Source: a virus (lineage: Duplodnaviria > Caudoviricetes). Taken from it: 25,667 bases of DNA. This document shows, one piece after another, positions 17,450-25,667 of the stretch (positions within the stretch are counted from its first letter, which is position 1; every line of letters begins with the position of its first letter). Made by a program: the position numbers and the translations under genes. Where the stretch lies: IMG/VR virus record IMGVR_UViG_3300042398_000498, positions 1 through 25,667 of that record. One strand, given 5' to 3'. The notes under the pieces were generated by a model that worked only from the letters and a program-made list of their open reading frames with translations, ran no database searches and was not told where the DNA came from.

Positions 17450-20400
17450 TATAAACTCCCATATGGTGAACTAGTCACGGATTGTTGTGATGTGCTTGCT
17501 GTTGCAGATATACTGCTGCCTGATTTAATATTACTTGATGTAATACCTGATATAATTTCAATATCATCAACTGTTGCGCCATTTATAAATAATTGGTCTG
17601 TATTTGCAGTTATTTCAAATAAACTTCCAAAATTTAAATCCGATTTGTTCGGAACGATAACAAAACTAACAATGTCTGGTGCTAATTGCGAAATTACATA
17701 TGTTGACAACTCAGTAAAATAAAAAGTATCACCAAAATTCCAATTTTGTATAGAAAAAAATTGGTTAATTGCAGTTATTACTCGGGATTTTACATCATTA
17801 TCAGTAACTACTTGCTCAGGATTTTTGATAACTTTAAATGTTGCTTGTAGTTCTGGAATTGCTGTTCTACCAAACAATACCGTATATGATACTGGATGAT
17901 ATATAATTTCATCAGAAACCGTTTTAATTAAATTTAAACTTGGTGATAATGTATTATACAGCTCGTCAGAACTTGGTGGTAATGGCTTAGTTGTTATTGT
18001 TCCGTTAATCCATTGTCTAAATGTAATATCATAATCATTTGTTAATACAAAAATATCAATAATATTACTTACACCTGGATCTATTCTAGAATCATAGTCA
18101 GCAGCATGTGTATATTTAAACTTTATGTTGTCTCGCCCAATGTATACCTTATAATCAAGTGATGTAACCAATCCATATGGTAATACCAATTTTTTAACCA
18201 CACCAGTATCTATAAAATAAAAGTATTGACCATTTGCATATGCAGATAATGAATCAACTGCTGATTGGCTAGCAAGAATAATAACTTTATTGTCAGAATT
18301 ACTTACATATCTATAATCTTCTTGGCCATTTGTAATTAAGTATTTTTGTTGAAATATATACTTATTATTTGATGTAGAAGGCGGTACTAATTTTTGAAAT
18401 AGATCTGGGTCGTATACTGTAGAATTATTGTTATCAACAAATGCTACAACAACTTTTTTTGTATCAATATAACCATCTTGACCTATATAACTTGAAGAAA
18501 TTTTCCAAGTTATATCATTTGTATATGATGGTGATCCCAATTGTGTAAATGAGATTGGTCCATTAACAGCAGCAGAATTTACAATACTAAGTGTTATAGT
18601 AATATATCCATTGGTTAATTGTTCAACCTTATTTACGATTGCACCCTGGCCAATTCCAACACCGGTTACTAACATCCCAACTGTTATGCCCAATGCATTG
18701 GTTACTGTTAAAGTTGGTTTACCAATTAACCCGATGGCATTAACGGTAGTCGCAGATGTATTCACATTGATACTTAATACAGTAATCAAATCATTAACAA
18801 TCGTTGCCGTTTCACTGTTATAAATCTTATTATTTCCATCAAAATAAAATCGAATAGCCTTATCACTTTCAAATATGTATCGAGTTTCTCTACTGACAAT
18901 TGTATATGAGCCATTATTTGGTATGAAATTCAACAACCAACTTGCATCTCTATGATTATTAGTTAAATCTCCTTGAAATTCTAAACTAAAAGAGCTAATA
19001 GAATTCAAATTAGAATTATAAACAATCTGCCATGCGCTAGTGGTAACATCATAACGTAATCCAAATGGTTGGTTTGAAAATACAAGATCAATAATATTTG
19101 ATATTGTGGTTTTTTCATCAATGGATGAAGACCATTTAGGAATAATCTTACTTATCACTGATAATGATGGCACAATTGTGTTGAATTGATATACTCCATT
19201 ATTAACACTGATTACTTCTGCCCATAAATAATATGATGATCCAGGCAATACGGCAGTGCCTTCTACAAGACTGTTGTAATTATTTGTGTCAAAGTAGTAC
19301 CCATATGGAGCTATAAACTTAACCATTGCACCAACTTTGATATAAATTAAATCAAACGCAGCGTTTGATGAAACTGTTAATGTTCCATACGAAGTTGTAA
19401 TATCAGTCTCGGTTTGCACAAACGTTGCAGAAAATCCATCAGTAACTGCATCTCGTATGAATTTTGAATAGTAAAAATTTCGCAAATTATCATAAGAAAG
19501 GATATCAAAAACAGTATTATAAATTACATATTCAACATCAGTTTTTGAAATATATGAAAAATTAATAGAATTTGAATAAACCTCATTATAAATGACACCA
19601 TCATCAGAATATAATACAGTAGAACTATACTTGCTAGATGGATCCACTAAATCAAAATACCTACTAATACCACTTGAAGTTCTATTAATCGCTTTTACTT
19701 TTAATACTTGCTGAGATGCACTCAATGGACTAATATTGTAGTCCTCACCAGTAATCATTCTATTTTGCGTATAGTATGTTTGTGGTGCATTTGTTTTAAT
19801 ACTTTCGTTAGATTCAGCTGGTGTTGAATTGGTCACAGAAGATGTCAATGACAACGAAATACTTAACGTATGATTTTGCCCGGTCGCAGAAATATATGGC
19901 AATTCAATAGATACATTTCTTATATCTTGTGGATTAATTACATAAGATATTCCATTACTAACTCGGTAATATACCCTGAATGTACCTTGTGGAAGATTTC
20001 CAAAAGTACCATCAGCAAAAGTTAAACTGATTGCGTCACTTGCTCGCGTAACTACTCCATAGATATTTCTAATATTATTATTAACACTATTATAAACAAT
20101 ATTAGTACCAGTTAAGCTAGGAACTTTTGTCCAAGCATTTGATTCTAATCCATTAACATCCAATCCATATAACCAAACATCATTATTGTTAATATTTTGA
20201 GATGTTATATCAATCGATTCATTAGTACTTGGTTGAGTAATAGCAAACGTACCGGTATTCAGTGAACCTTGTGTAAAATTAAAGAAAAACCCAGAGTTTG
20301 CACTCCCGGCTCCTTGACCATCATCCCTGTATATACATGCAATACTATTACCAAGCTTTGGTGCTTCTTCATATATGAAATTTTGGCCTTTAAAAGCGGT

Positions 20401-21048
20401 ACTGGTGATTTCAAAATTCATTGACATTCCAGATACTACTTTTGTAAACCCATATACAGGAACATCATTATTGGCTGCATTAAATCGATATTGACTGGTA
20501 GGAATACCATATATTGTCGCACTATCCGTTGGATTTCCAAACTGTTGCGATACGGGTAATGCTGCATTTAATACTTTAATAAATTGATCATTCCAATTAG
20601 AATTAGATGGATCATTCCATGATATAACTTGATTTGCTAAATTACGGCCATTACTATCTATTACTGTCTCGGTTGTTGATATTGTTGTAAATTTTAACAA
20701 CCCTTGTGCAGCAATGTTACGTTTGGCATTATAACTTATTACTCTGGCTAACCGTAATATACTATCACGTCTTTCAGCCAATTCTAAGAAGTTTTCACGT
20801 GCATTTAAATCAACTCTGAATGCAATGTTTTGTCCTAAAAATGCAATAAGATCAATCAATGCCAAATATTCAGAACTCTCAATATAATCATTGAAGTCTT
20901 CTGGATAATTTTGACGTATATAATTAACCATTGTGCGTCTAATATTCTCAAAATCATAGCTTTGAAAATCCGCATTGCGAAAAGATTGGTATACCTTTGT
21001 CCAATCCTCTGCTACTAAAAGTCTATTTTCTCTATCTGTTGCACTCAT
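17449..21048 (-). CDS. gp6: Baseplate wedge protein, T4 gp6 / baseplate J-like, 1199 aa
   Basis: The N-terminus has DFENIRRTMVNYIRQNYPEDFNDYIESSEYLALIDLIAFLG..NARENFLELAERRDSILRLARVISY. The baseplate-J motif ESNESIKTNAPQTYYTQNRMITGEDY and the C-terminal AINQFFSIQNWNFGDTFYFTELSTYV are also present. It lies directly after gp25. Confidence 0.88.
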   Translation of the reverse strand: MSATDRENRLLVAEDWTKVYQSFRNADFQSYDFENIRRTMVNYIRQNYPEDFNDYIESSEYLALIDLIAFLGQNIAFRVDLNARENFLELAERRDSILRLARVISYNAKRNIAAQGLLKFTTISTTETVIDSNGRNLANQVISWNDPSNSNWNDQFIKVLNAALPVSQQFGNPTDSATIYGIPTSQYRFNAANNDVPVYGFTKVVSGMSMNFEITSTAFKGQNFIYEEAPKLGNSIACIYRDDGQGAGSANSGFFFNFTQGSLNTGTFAITQPSTNESIDITSQNINNNDVWLYGLDVNGLESNAWTKVPSLTGTNIVYNSVNNNIRNIYGVVTRASDAISLTFADGTFGNLPQGTFRVYYRVSNGISYVINPQDIRNVSIELPYISATGQNHTLSISLSLTSSVTNSTPAESNESIKTNAPQTYYTQNRMITGEDYNISPLSASQQVLKVKAINRTSSGISRYFDLVDPSSKYSSTVLYSDDGVIYNEVYSNSINFSYISKTDVEYVIYNTVFDILSYDNLRNFYYSKFIRDAVTDGFSATFVQTETDITTSYGTLTVSSNAAFDLIYIKVGAMVKFIAPYGYYFDTNNYNSLVEGTAVLPGSSYYLWAEVISVNNGVYQFNTIVPSLSVISKIIPKWSSSIDEKTTISNIIDLVFSNQPFGLRYDVTTSAWQIVYNSNLNSISSFSLEFQGDLTNNHRDASWLLNFIPNNGSYTIVSRETRYIFESDKAIRFYFDGNNKIYNSETATIVNDLITVLSINVNTSATTVNAIGLIGKPTLTVTNALGITVGMLVTGVGIGQGAIVNKVEQLTNGYITITLSIVNSAAVNGPISFTQLGSPSYTNDITWKISSSYIGQDGYIDTKKVVVAFVDNNNSTVYDPDLFQKLVPPSTSNNKYIFQQKYLITNGQEDYRYVSNSDNKVIILASQSAVDSLSAYANGQYFYFIDTGVVKKLVLPYGLVTSLDYKVYIGRDNIKFKYTHAADYDSRIDPGVSNIIDIFVLTNDYDITFRQWINGTITTKPLPPSSDELYNTLSPSLNLIKTVSDEIIYHPVSYTVLFGRTAIPELQATFKVIKNPEQVVTDNDVKSRVITAINQFFSIQNWNFGDTFYFTELSTYVISQLAPDIVSFVIVPNKSDLNFGSLFEITANTDQLFINGATVDDIEIISGITSSNIKSGSSISATASTSQQSVTSSPYGSL

Positions 21049-21066
21049 GTTATGTCCTAATAACAG

Positions 21067-21074
21067 TATTTATC
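21067..21074 (-). promoter_or_regulatory. Putative late promoter GATAAATA (like T4 TATAAATA)
   Basis: The minus strand reads GATAAATACTGTTATTAGGACATAACATG. The motif ends 18 nt before ATG 21048 and is followed by an AGGA RBS. Confidence 0.6.
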
Positions 21075-21095
21075 GTAATGTATAAACTACATACT

Positions 21096-21524
21096 TTATT
21101 GCAATAATAACCCATTTGTTTGATCAAATTGTAGTTGCAATTTTTGTGATATATTGTATGGTAAGTATGTTAATATACACTCAATCTGAATACCAGATTC
21201 ATATTGTGTAACAATAACATCTTTCGCAGTTATTCGTGGATCATAGTTAATAATTTCATTAACATTTTGTATAATCAATCCTCTAACCTGATCTGTTAAC
21301 GGTTCAAACAGTAAATCCCAAATTATTGTTCCAAATGTAGGATTCATTAACAATTCACCTTGTCTAATGTTGAAATGGTTTAATAAATCTTGTTTTATTA
21401 AATTAAAATCATATAACTTATAGTTCTCAGTATCAGGGCTAACAGTACTAAATCCTCTATACATCTGCGAACTAATTGGCTGGTTTTTTGAAGGAACCGT
21501 AACTTTTTGATATATTGAACTCAT
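21096..21524 (-). CDS. gp25: Baseplate wedge subunit / sheath initiator, gp25/GPW family, 142 aa
   Basis: IKQDLLNHFNIRQGELLMNPTFGTIIWDLLFEP...IINYDPRI fits the gp25 pattern T..GER.m.P.FG..l..llFe....EPR. Size and position between spike and gp6 also fit. Confidence 0.9.
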   Translation of the reverse strand: MSSIYQKVTVPSKNQPISSQMYRGFSTVSPDTENYKLYDFNLIKQDLLNHFNIRQGELLMNPTFGTIIWDLLFEPLTDQVRGLIIQNVNEIINYDPRITAKDVIVTQYESGIQIECILTYLPYNISQKLQLQFDQTNGLLLQ

Positions 21525-21529
21525 GTATG

Positions 21530-23071
21530 TTATCCTGTAATTTTATTAAATGTATCAGTTGTTGTACTATAATTTTTCCATGCAGCAGCGGGTTCTTTCA
21601 TAGATTCAGTTGGATGTGTTAACTGATTGTCAACATTTCTGTCAGTCTTATCTGACGAATATTTTAATGGATCTAAATTTTCATGCTGTGGGTATGGTTC
21701 ATGTGTTGGAACTCTACGCATTATAGATTCAAATGTCGATCCATCGGCTGATGGTAAAATATGTGTCAATAATGGTGATGCAATCTCGGCAATTGCGGCG
21801 ATTGGCCCATTCATATGGACTTTTGCAGCAGTTACCAGCTGGTTTCCACCAGAATTAATCTCAGTTGTAGTTCCAGCAGTAAATTTATTACTCCCAGTTG
21901 TATTAACATCCATTTTACCAAGCGTAGTAATTTTTCCATTTTGTCCAATAACAATATCTGTATTTTTTGCAGACTCAGCATGAATATTATTACCTGCCTT
22001 TACATTAACATTTCTTCCTGCTTCTAAATTTATATCTCTACCGGCATGAAAATTAAAATCCTTTGAGGTGTGTATACTAATGCTATCTTCTGCAAATATA
22101 TCTATTTTTCCGTTACTGGTTAGTTCTATCCAAGTAGATCCGCTTGCATTACCAATGTAAATCAAATCTTCACTATTATGTAATAAAATTTGATGACCAG
22201 TCCGAGTTCGGATTCTAATCAATTCATTATGAGGTATATCAACATTTCCACCGGTTTCCCCCTGTTCTATCGCAGCATATGATGGACCACCTGTTCCGGC
22301 TGGTGTTTTTCTTAAAAATTTATCATCCCCATCATCCATTACAAAAGTAGACCCACCTATATGGCTAACTGGTGCGTTCGTGATTCTGGAATCAGATTTA
22401 CCAACTGCTCCAGTTTTTGCAGTTGGCTTTTTATCAAATGGGCCTGGTGTGCTGATACCAAAAACCATACTAGGTGTTTCACGTCTGGCGCTGCTTGTTG
22501 TTATCCCTCTGGTATCATCCAAAAGTAACCCCTGAGATGCTAACGCATCAACTAATGGGTGTTGTGGTTTTTTAAATTGAGTTGAATCACCGTCTCTATT
22601 ATTTTCTAACTTGTTGTATTCTGCTACTGGTACACGGCCAGGTCTTCCAGCTGCATCAGCGGTTGCTGAATCTACTGAATTCTGGGTTGCCGCAATACCG
22701 GGAATCATAAAATTCATACCTTCATCAGGTACACATCCAATCCAGTAACCTCTTCCAGGATCATCATTAACAAATATAACTACAACTAATGTCCCAACAT
22801 CAGGTGGCACAAACCACATCCCGTAACTTTTTTGAGTATTGTTATAATCATTCTGATTTGTTACATAATCAAATCCAGTTACTCCATAAAATGGACTCAT
22901 ATATTTTACTTGTTGTACCTGTGCAGCAGATGTATCATTACCAGAACCTGGTCGTAATAACTGTACTTCCAATGATCCCATATATGATGTATCCAGATGG
23001 CTAATTACTTTTGCTAAACATGGGCCTGTTGGCAATTCTGATTTTATACCGCTATTCTTATCTTCTGCCAT
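21530..23071 (-). CDS. gp5: Baseplate central spike, gp5/VgrG-like (OB-fold plus beta-helix), 513 aa
   Basis: The OB-fold signature is AKVISHLD..MGSLEVQL...YGMWFVPPDVGTLVVVIFVNDDPGRGYWIGCV. RTRTGHQILLHNSE is followed by 8-residue-period beta-helix repeats (DFNFHAGR DINLEAGR NVNVKAGN NIHAESAK). Confidence 0.85.
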   Translation of the reverse strand: MAEDKNSGIKSELPTGPCLAKVISHLDTSYMGSLEVQLLRPGSGNDTSAAQVQQVKYMSPFYGVTGFDYVTNQNDYNNTQKSYGMWFVPPDVGTLVVVIFVNDDPGRGYWIGCVPDEGMNFMIPGIAATQNSVDSATADAAGRPGRVPVAEYNKLENNRDGDSTQFKKPQHPLVDALASQGLLLDDTRGITTSSARRETPSMVFGISTPGPFDKKPTAKTGAVGKSDSRITNAPVSHIGGSTFVMDDGDDKFLRKTPAGTGGPSYAAIEQGETGGNVDIPHNELIRIRTRTGHQILLHNSEDLIYIGNASGSTWIELTSNGKIDIFAEDSISIHTSKDFNFHAGRDINLEAGRNVNVKAGNNIHAESAKNTDIVIGQNGKITTLGKMDVNTTGSNKFTAGTTTEINSGGNQLVTAAKVHMNGPIAAIAEIASPLLTHILPSADGSTFESIMRRVPTHEPYPQHENLDPLKYSSDKTDRNVDNQLTHPTESMKEPAAAWKNYSTTTDTFNKITG

Positions 23072-25389
23072 TAAAATTTCCCTGATCCAAATTGTGGTGT
23101 AATCATATCCGCACCTGTATTTTTTACTAATGTGTTCATCTTTGATGATCCCATACTATATTCTGTATCTACCGATAATCCTTTGTCGGTTACTGGCTGC
23201 AATGAGGCAGTTAACAATTCTTTTGCTTTTGGTTCATCTTGATTATTCTGACCTCTCAGTCTGTTAGCAGTTAACGTTTGTTTAAAAAGGCCACCTTTAA
23301 ACTCACTTCTAATGTTTGTCAATCTATATAACCCACTAAATCTCTGGCACAATTTATTATTCTTAAGATTATACATCCCTGTTGATGAGTTTATATCAGT
23401 AGGAGTTCTAAAATTTATAACAATATGAACTTCTCCATTTTGATAGTGCATACTACCATCTTTCGTAATATTCATTTTATCTTCTTTATCCGTAAAATTA
23501 CCAGTACCACTATTAGAAATATAATACGGATCACCTATAATGTCGCATGTTATATTCATCATATCCATTGAATTAATTACCGCGTCATGAAATATTTTTG
23601 CAGCTCGTGTAGCTGCAATATCACCACTTGTTCCACCAATATTATCATTGGATGTCTTGGTATTATCATATTTTGTAGATGATGCATCAATAGAATCATC
23701 ATCACCAGATGGTGGAGAAACTGATGAAGTACCATTTTGTGATGATGGTTTATCAGCTACTTTAGAGGCTTGTTGTGATGACACAACATCGCCGTTATAA
23801 ATGTAATTATCGGTGGCCATTGATGTATAAAATGCATTATGCATAGTAAATTCAAATCTTATTAAATCTACGTTTTTACCAGTGTAAATATAATTGTATT
23901 CCTTAACTGCTTGCTTAGTTAATTCCTCAATTCCAGGTGCTGGAGCATTCGGTGCCATAGTTTTACTAGCATGTACATAATATGGTATTACTCTATATAC
24001 AATTAATTTTGGAACTTGACCAGTTATTTTTAAATTTTCATCTGTTACAATGTGGTACGCTTGTGTATCAATTCTCCACCACTGATACATCCCTTCGGGG
24101 GTTAATTTTTCAAATTTTAAAACATCATTTGGAATGTTGCTTTTTATCATTACTTGATTGATTGCATTAATAATGTCAGAATCTTGGGCAAATTTAAAAT
24201 CAACTGATCCAGGTTTAGCAGCAACTTTTGATCTATTATGTGATTTAGTTTTTGGATTCCATACATCATTGTCTAATGCAAATGGTGCATCCCCACTCCT
24301 ATCTTTATTGTAATTCATCGTTGCTTTACCTAATGCATTACAAGTACCATCGTTCTGCACAATACTCGATACAGTTGAATTTGATGATATCTTTACATCA
24401 ACTCGTTTTACACCAAGTGTTTTAAATATTTCGTCATTATTTGCCGAGGTTGGATTTTTTGTTGCACCATCTTTGGTTTCAGTATTACCTGGTTTAGTTA
24501 CCGATGATCCAGCACCACTGGATGAAATATTAGTTGGAAACATTATTAATATTTCATCTGGAACTTTTACTATTTTTTTATCTTTTAATTGTTTTAATCT
24601 GGCATTGACAACTTGTTGTAGACTTTTTGGGCCGCTTTGTAACATCTCTTGGACAGTACTACCTGAAACAGTAGTATCGGTTTTAAGCTTTTTATATTCA
24701 TCATTTAATGCTTTACCAGCAGTAGTGTATCCTTGAATAGTATATACACTTCCTGCTTCAGTTACTTTCATGTTGCATGTATTGAAATGAAATGTAATAA
24801 ATTTAGTAGTATTTGGTATTTTAACCATCTGACCATTTTCAGTATTACCTCTAAATTCAATTGATAACAAATAGGGAGCTTCGTTCCAATTTTTATACTT
24901 TTGATTATATGCAGCTACCTGCACTGCTTGCATAAACATTCCCATACTATATGGTTCTATTACTGTAAATTCAAGCGTGGTATTTGTTGTATTGCCATGA
25001 TCATTTGAAAATGACGCATAACCATCAATTACTAAATCATCGATGAAAAAATCAAATTTACCACCATCTAAAGTAATTCTATCGTTTGGTTGCATACTTG
25101 CAGATTTACATATTAATGGTGGCATTTTTCCAGCAATATACGATTTATCTGGATGATTATATCCATTTGCATCTAAACAACTCAAACTAATAATATATGA
25201 ATATGATGCATATTTGTGTAAAGGATTTGCGATTGGCAACTTTGTATCAGACTTTCCAGATTTTCCGGTTGGACTTGAAAAAATCTTACCTATTCCATCA
25301 GTAACTGATGAAATTGCACCAGATATTGCTGAAACTGGTGATATGTTATCTAATACATGCGTTACACTTGGTATATTTGTTGCTCCCAT
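23071..25389 (-). CDS. Putative baseplate hub protein (gp27/Mu gp44-like), 772 aa
   Basis: It lies between the gp53/LysM-like gene and the spike. It has LEFTVIEPYSMGMF near the N-terminus and ITCDIIGDPY ... FSGLYRLTNIRSEFKGGLFKQTLTANR at the C-terminus, typical of the terminal barrel of hub proteins. Confidence 0.65.
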   Translation of the reverse strand: MGATNIPSVTHVLDNISPVSAISGAISSVTDGIGKIFSSPTGKSGKSDTKLPIANPLHKYASYSYIISLSCLDANGYNHPDKSYIAGKMPPLICKSASMQPNDRITLDGGKFDFFIDDLVIDGYASFSNDHGNTTNTTLEFTVIEPYSMGMFMQAVQVAAYNQKYKNWNEAPYLLSIEFRGNTENGQMVKIPNTTKFITFHFNTCNMKVTEAGSVYTIQGYTTAGKALNDEYKKLKTDTTVSGSTVQEMLQSGPKSLQQVVNARLKQLKDKKIVKVPDEILIMFPTNISSSGAGSSVTKPGNTETKDGATKNPTSANNDEIFKTLGVKRVDVKISSNSTVSSIVQNDGTCNALGKATMNYNKDRSGDAPFALDNDVWNPKTKSHNRSKVAAKPGSVDFKFAQDSDIINAINQVMIKSNIPNDVLKFEKLTPEGMYQWWRIDTQAYHIVTDENLKITGQVPKLIVYRVIPYYVHASKTMAPNAPAPGIEELTKQAVKEYNYIYTGKNVDLIRFEFTMHNAFYTSMATDNYIYNGDVVSSQQASKVADKPSSQNGTSSVSPPSGDDDSIDASSTKYDNTKTSNDNIGGTSGDIAATRAAKIFHDAVINSMDMMNITCDIIGDPYYISNSGTGNFTDKEDKMNITKDGSMHYQNGEVHIVINFRTPTDINSSTGMYNLKNNKLCQRFSGLYRLTNIRSEFKGGLFKQTLTANRLRGQNNQDEPKAKELLTASLQPVTDKGLSVDTEYSMGSSKMNTLVKNTGADMITPQFGSGKF

Positions 25390-25390
25390 A

Positions 25391-25666
25391 TTATAACCCC
25401 AATACTGATATTAAACTGCTGCTTTTTGGAAGATATATTTGTTTTCCTGGAATAAAATCAAATATTGGATCTTCCAATACATCTAAATTTCGTTGAATAA
25501 ATACCCACCATAATGTAGAATCACCGTAAACGTCAAACGCTAATAAGTCTGGTCTATAAGTGTATTGTGGTTCAATTGTATACAAATAATCATCTACCTC
25601 TGCACTAACTGGCCTAATTGCCAATATATCCAAATAATTTTGATTAACTGGGGTTGTGTACCATGG
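25391..25666 (-). CDS. Small baseplate wedge protein, gp53/LysM (P2 gpX)-like, 5'-truncated at the window edge
   Basis: The frame is open beyond the track's TTG 25633 to the window end (PWYTTPVNQNYLDILAIRPV...). YTIEPQYTYRPDLLAFDVYGDSTLWWVFIQRN...DPIFDFIPGKQIYLP is the RPDxxAxxxYGxxxLWW..N LysM-like motif. Confidence 0.78.
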   Translation of the reverse strand, partial: PWYTTPVNQNYLDILAIRPVSAEVDDYLYTIEPQYTYRPDLLAFDVYGDSTLWWVFIQRNLDVLEDPIFDFIPGKQIYLPKSSSLISVLGL

Positions 25667-25667
25667 A

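Noticed and set aside
21075-21095. Small inverted repeat ATGTA-N5-TACAT after gp25 as a terminator
   Set aside because: The 5-bp AT-rich stem has no U-tract and is too weak to support.
864-25496. Other short ORFs of 60-118 aa on the plus strand or in alternate minus frames
   Set aside because: All lie within or opposite long genes with clear family motifs, and none has recognisable motifs. Such ORFs are expected by chance.
25631-25633. TTG start of the 80-aa ORF
   Set aside because: The frame stays open to the window edge, so the true start is probably outside.
17449-25666. Bacterial eCIS/T6SS/tailocin locus rather than phage
   Set aside because: No T6SS membrane-complex, ClpV or Afp15-type ATPase genes are visible. 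The oversized gp6, giant wedge protein, gp9/gp10 motif and late-promoter-like motif fit a large myophage. Head genes are outside the window, so this is not formally excluded.

Overview
AT-rich window (roughly 30% GC by eye) that is almost fully coding on the minus strand. It is the baseplate/tail module of a large, probably jumbo, contractile-tailed phage. Transcription order, right to left: a small gp53/LysM-like wedge protein (5' end outside the window), a 772-aa hub-like protein, a gp5/VgrG-like spike with no lysozyme, gp25, a long gp6/baseplate-J wedge protein, and a 4449-aa multidomain protein that looks like a heavily decorated gp7/P2-gpI-type wedge. These are followed by a two-gene cassette (a gp9/gp10-anchored short fibre with three 99-bp repeats, and an intact subtilisin-family S8 protease), a ~199-aa putative virion protein and a 3'-truncated fibre-like protein. 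Both intergenic gaps longer than 40 nt carry the same GATAAATA motif, resembling the T4 late promoter, 18-20 nt before an ATG. The most interesting signal is the fibre/adaptor plus S8 protease pair inside the baseplate operon, a possible virion-mounted protease. All family assignments come from motif recognition by eye; no searches were run.
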